Virus record (IMG/VR): IMGVR_UViG_3300013233_000167
Location: 10,461-74,460 of that record
DNA length: 64,000 bases
Source of the DNA: a virus
Strand: one strand, 5' to 3'
Part shown: piece by piece, positions 63,855 to 64,000 of the stretch
Numbering within the stretch: the first letter of the stretch is position 1
How the letters are laid out: each line of letters begins with the position of its first letter
Notes under the pieces: model-generated
Seen by the model: only the letters and a program-made list of their open reading frames with translations
What the model was told of the DNA's origin: nothing
Database searches by the model: none
Program-made: the position numbers and the translations under genes

Positions 63855-64000
63855 ACTGCTCGGATGGACGTAGCAGCAGCGCAGGCGATCGTGTCGAAGA
63901 TGACGTACAAGCCCGGGTGGGAGCTGCTCTGCTATCCGCAAGGCGAGCCCGCCGGTGGAGGGAGCCTGCGCTTCGGCAAGGACGAGATCGACTGCGAGCT

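Noticed and set aside
58800-63941. Long minus-strand ORFs over the AAA/vWA operon
   Set aside because: Antisense shadows of the plus-strand genes.

Overview
This window is part of a large, GC-rich tailed dsDNA phage genome; no host housekeeping operons, rRNA, tRNA or CRISPR array were recognised. Everything from 1 to 58468 is transcribed leftward (minus strand). That arm holds a head/packaging block (T4 gp20-like portal, terminase, MuF-like protein), ThyX, and a recombination/replication block: PD-(D/E)xK resolvase, SbcC/SbcD, 5'-3' exonuclease, ParB, RecA, gp32-like SSB, UvsY-like protein, family-A polymerase fused to a uracil-DNA glycosylase, primase, DnaB, UvsW and RecQ. It also holds two adenine methyltransferases and many small accessory genes. 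A divergent control region at 58469-58770 switches to a rightward AAA ATPase / helical protein / HExxH-vWA operon. Four inteins interrupt the terminase, resolvase, RecA and RecQ. The strongest signals not explained by the ORF track are: (1) a fixed 32-nt leader, CGGAYCCAGA-N-[4-bp covarying stem, 4-nt loop]-NN-GACAACG, at five gene starts, each behind a sigma28-like T(C/A)AAG-N15/16-GNCGA promoter; (2) a canonical -1 ribosomal frameshift signal (A AAA AAG plus hairpin) joining the 1196..3289 gene to the frame running off the left edge; (3) a Zn-finger/Vsr-like ORF nested out of frame inside the RecQ mini-intein; (4) a 17-bp imperfect palindrome, CTGGAC-CCAGC-GTCCAG, in four copies, one just downstream of parB; and (5) single genes flanked by duplicated stop/SD/start junctions. 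All family names are recognised by eye from motifs, not from database searches.
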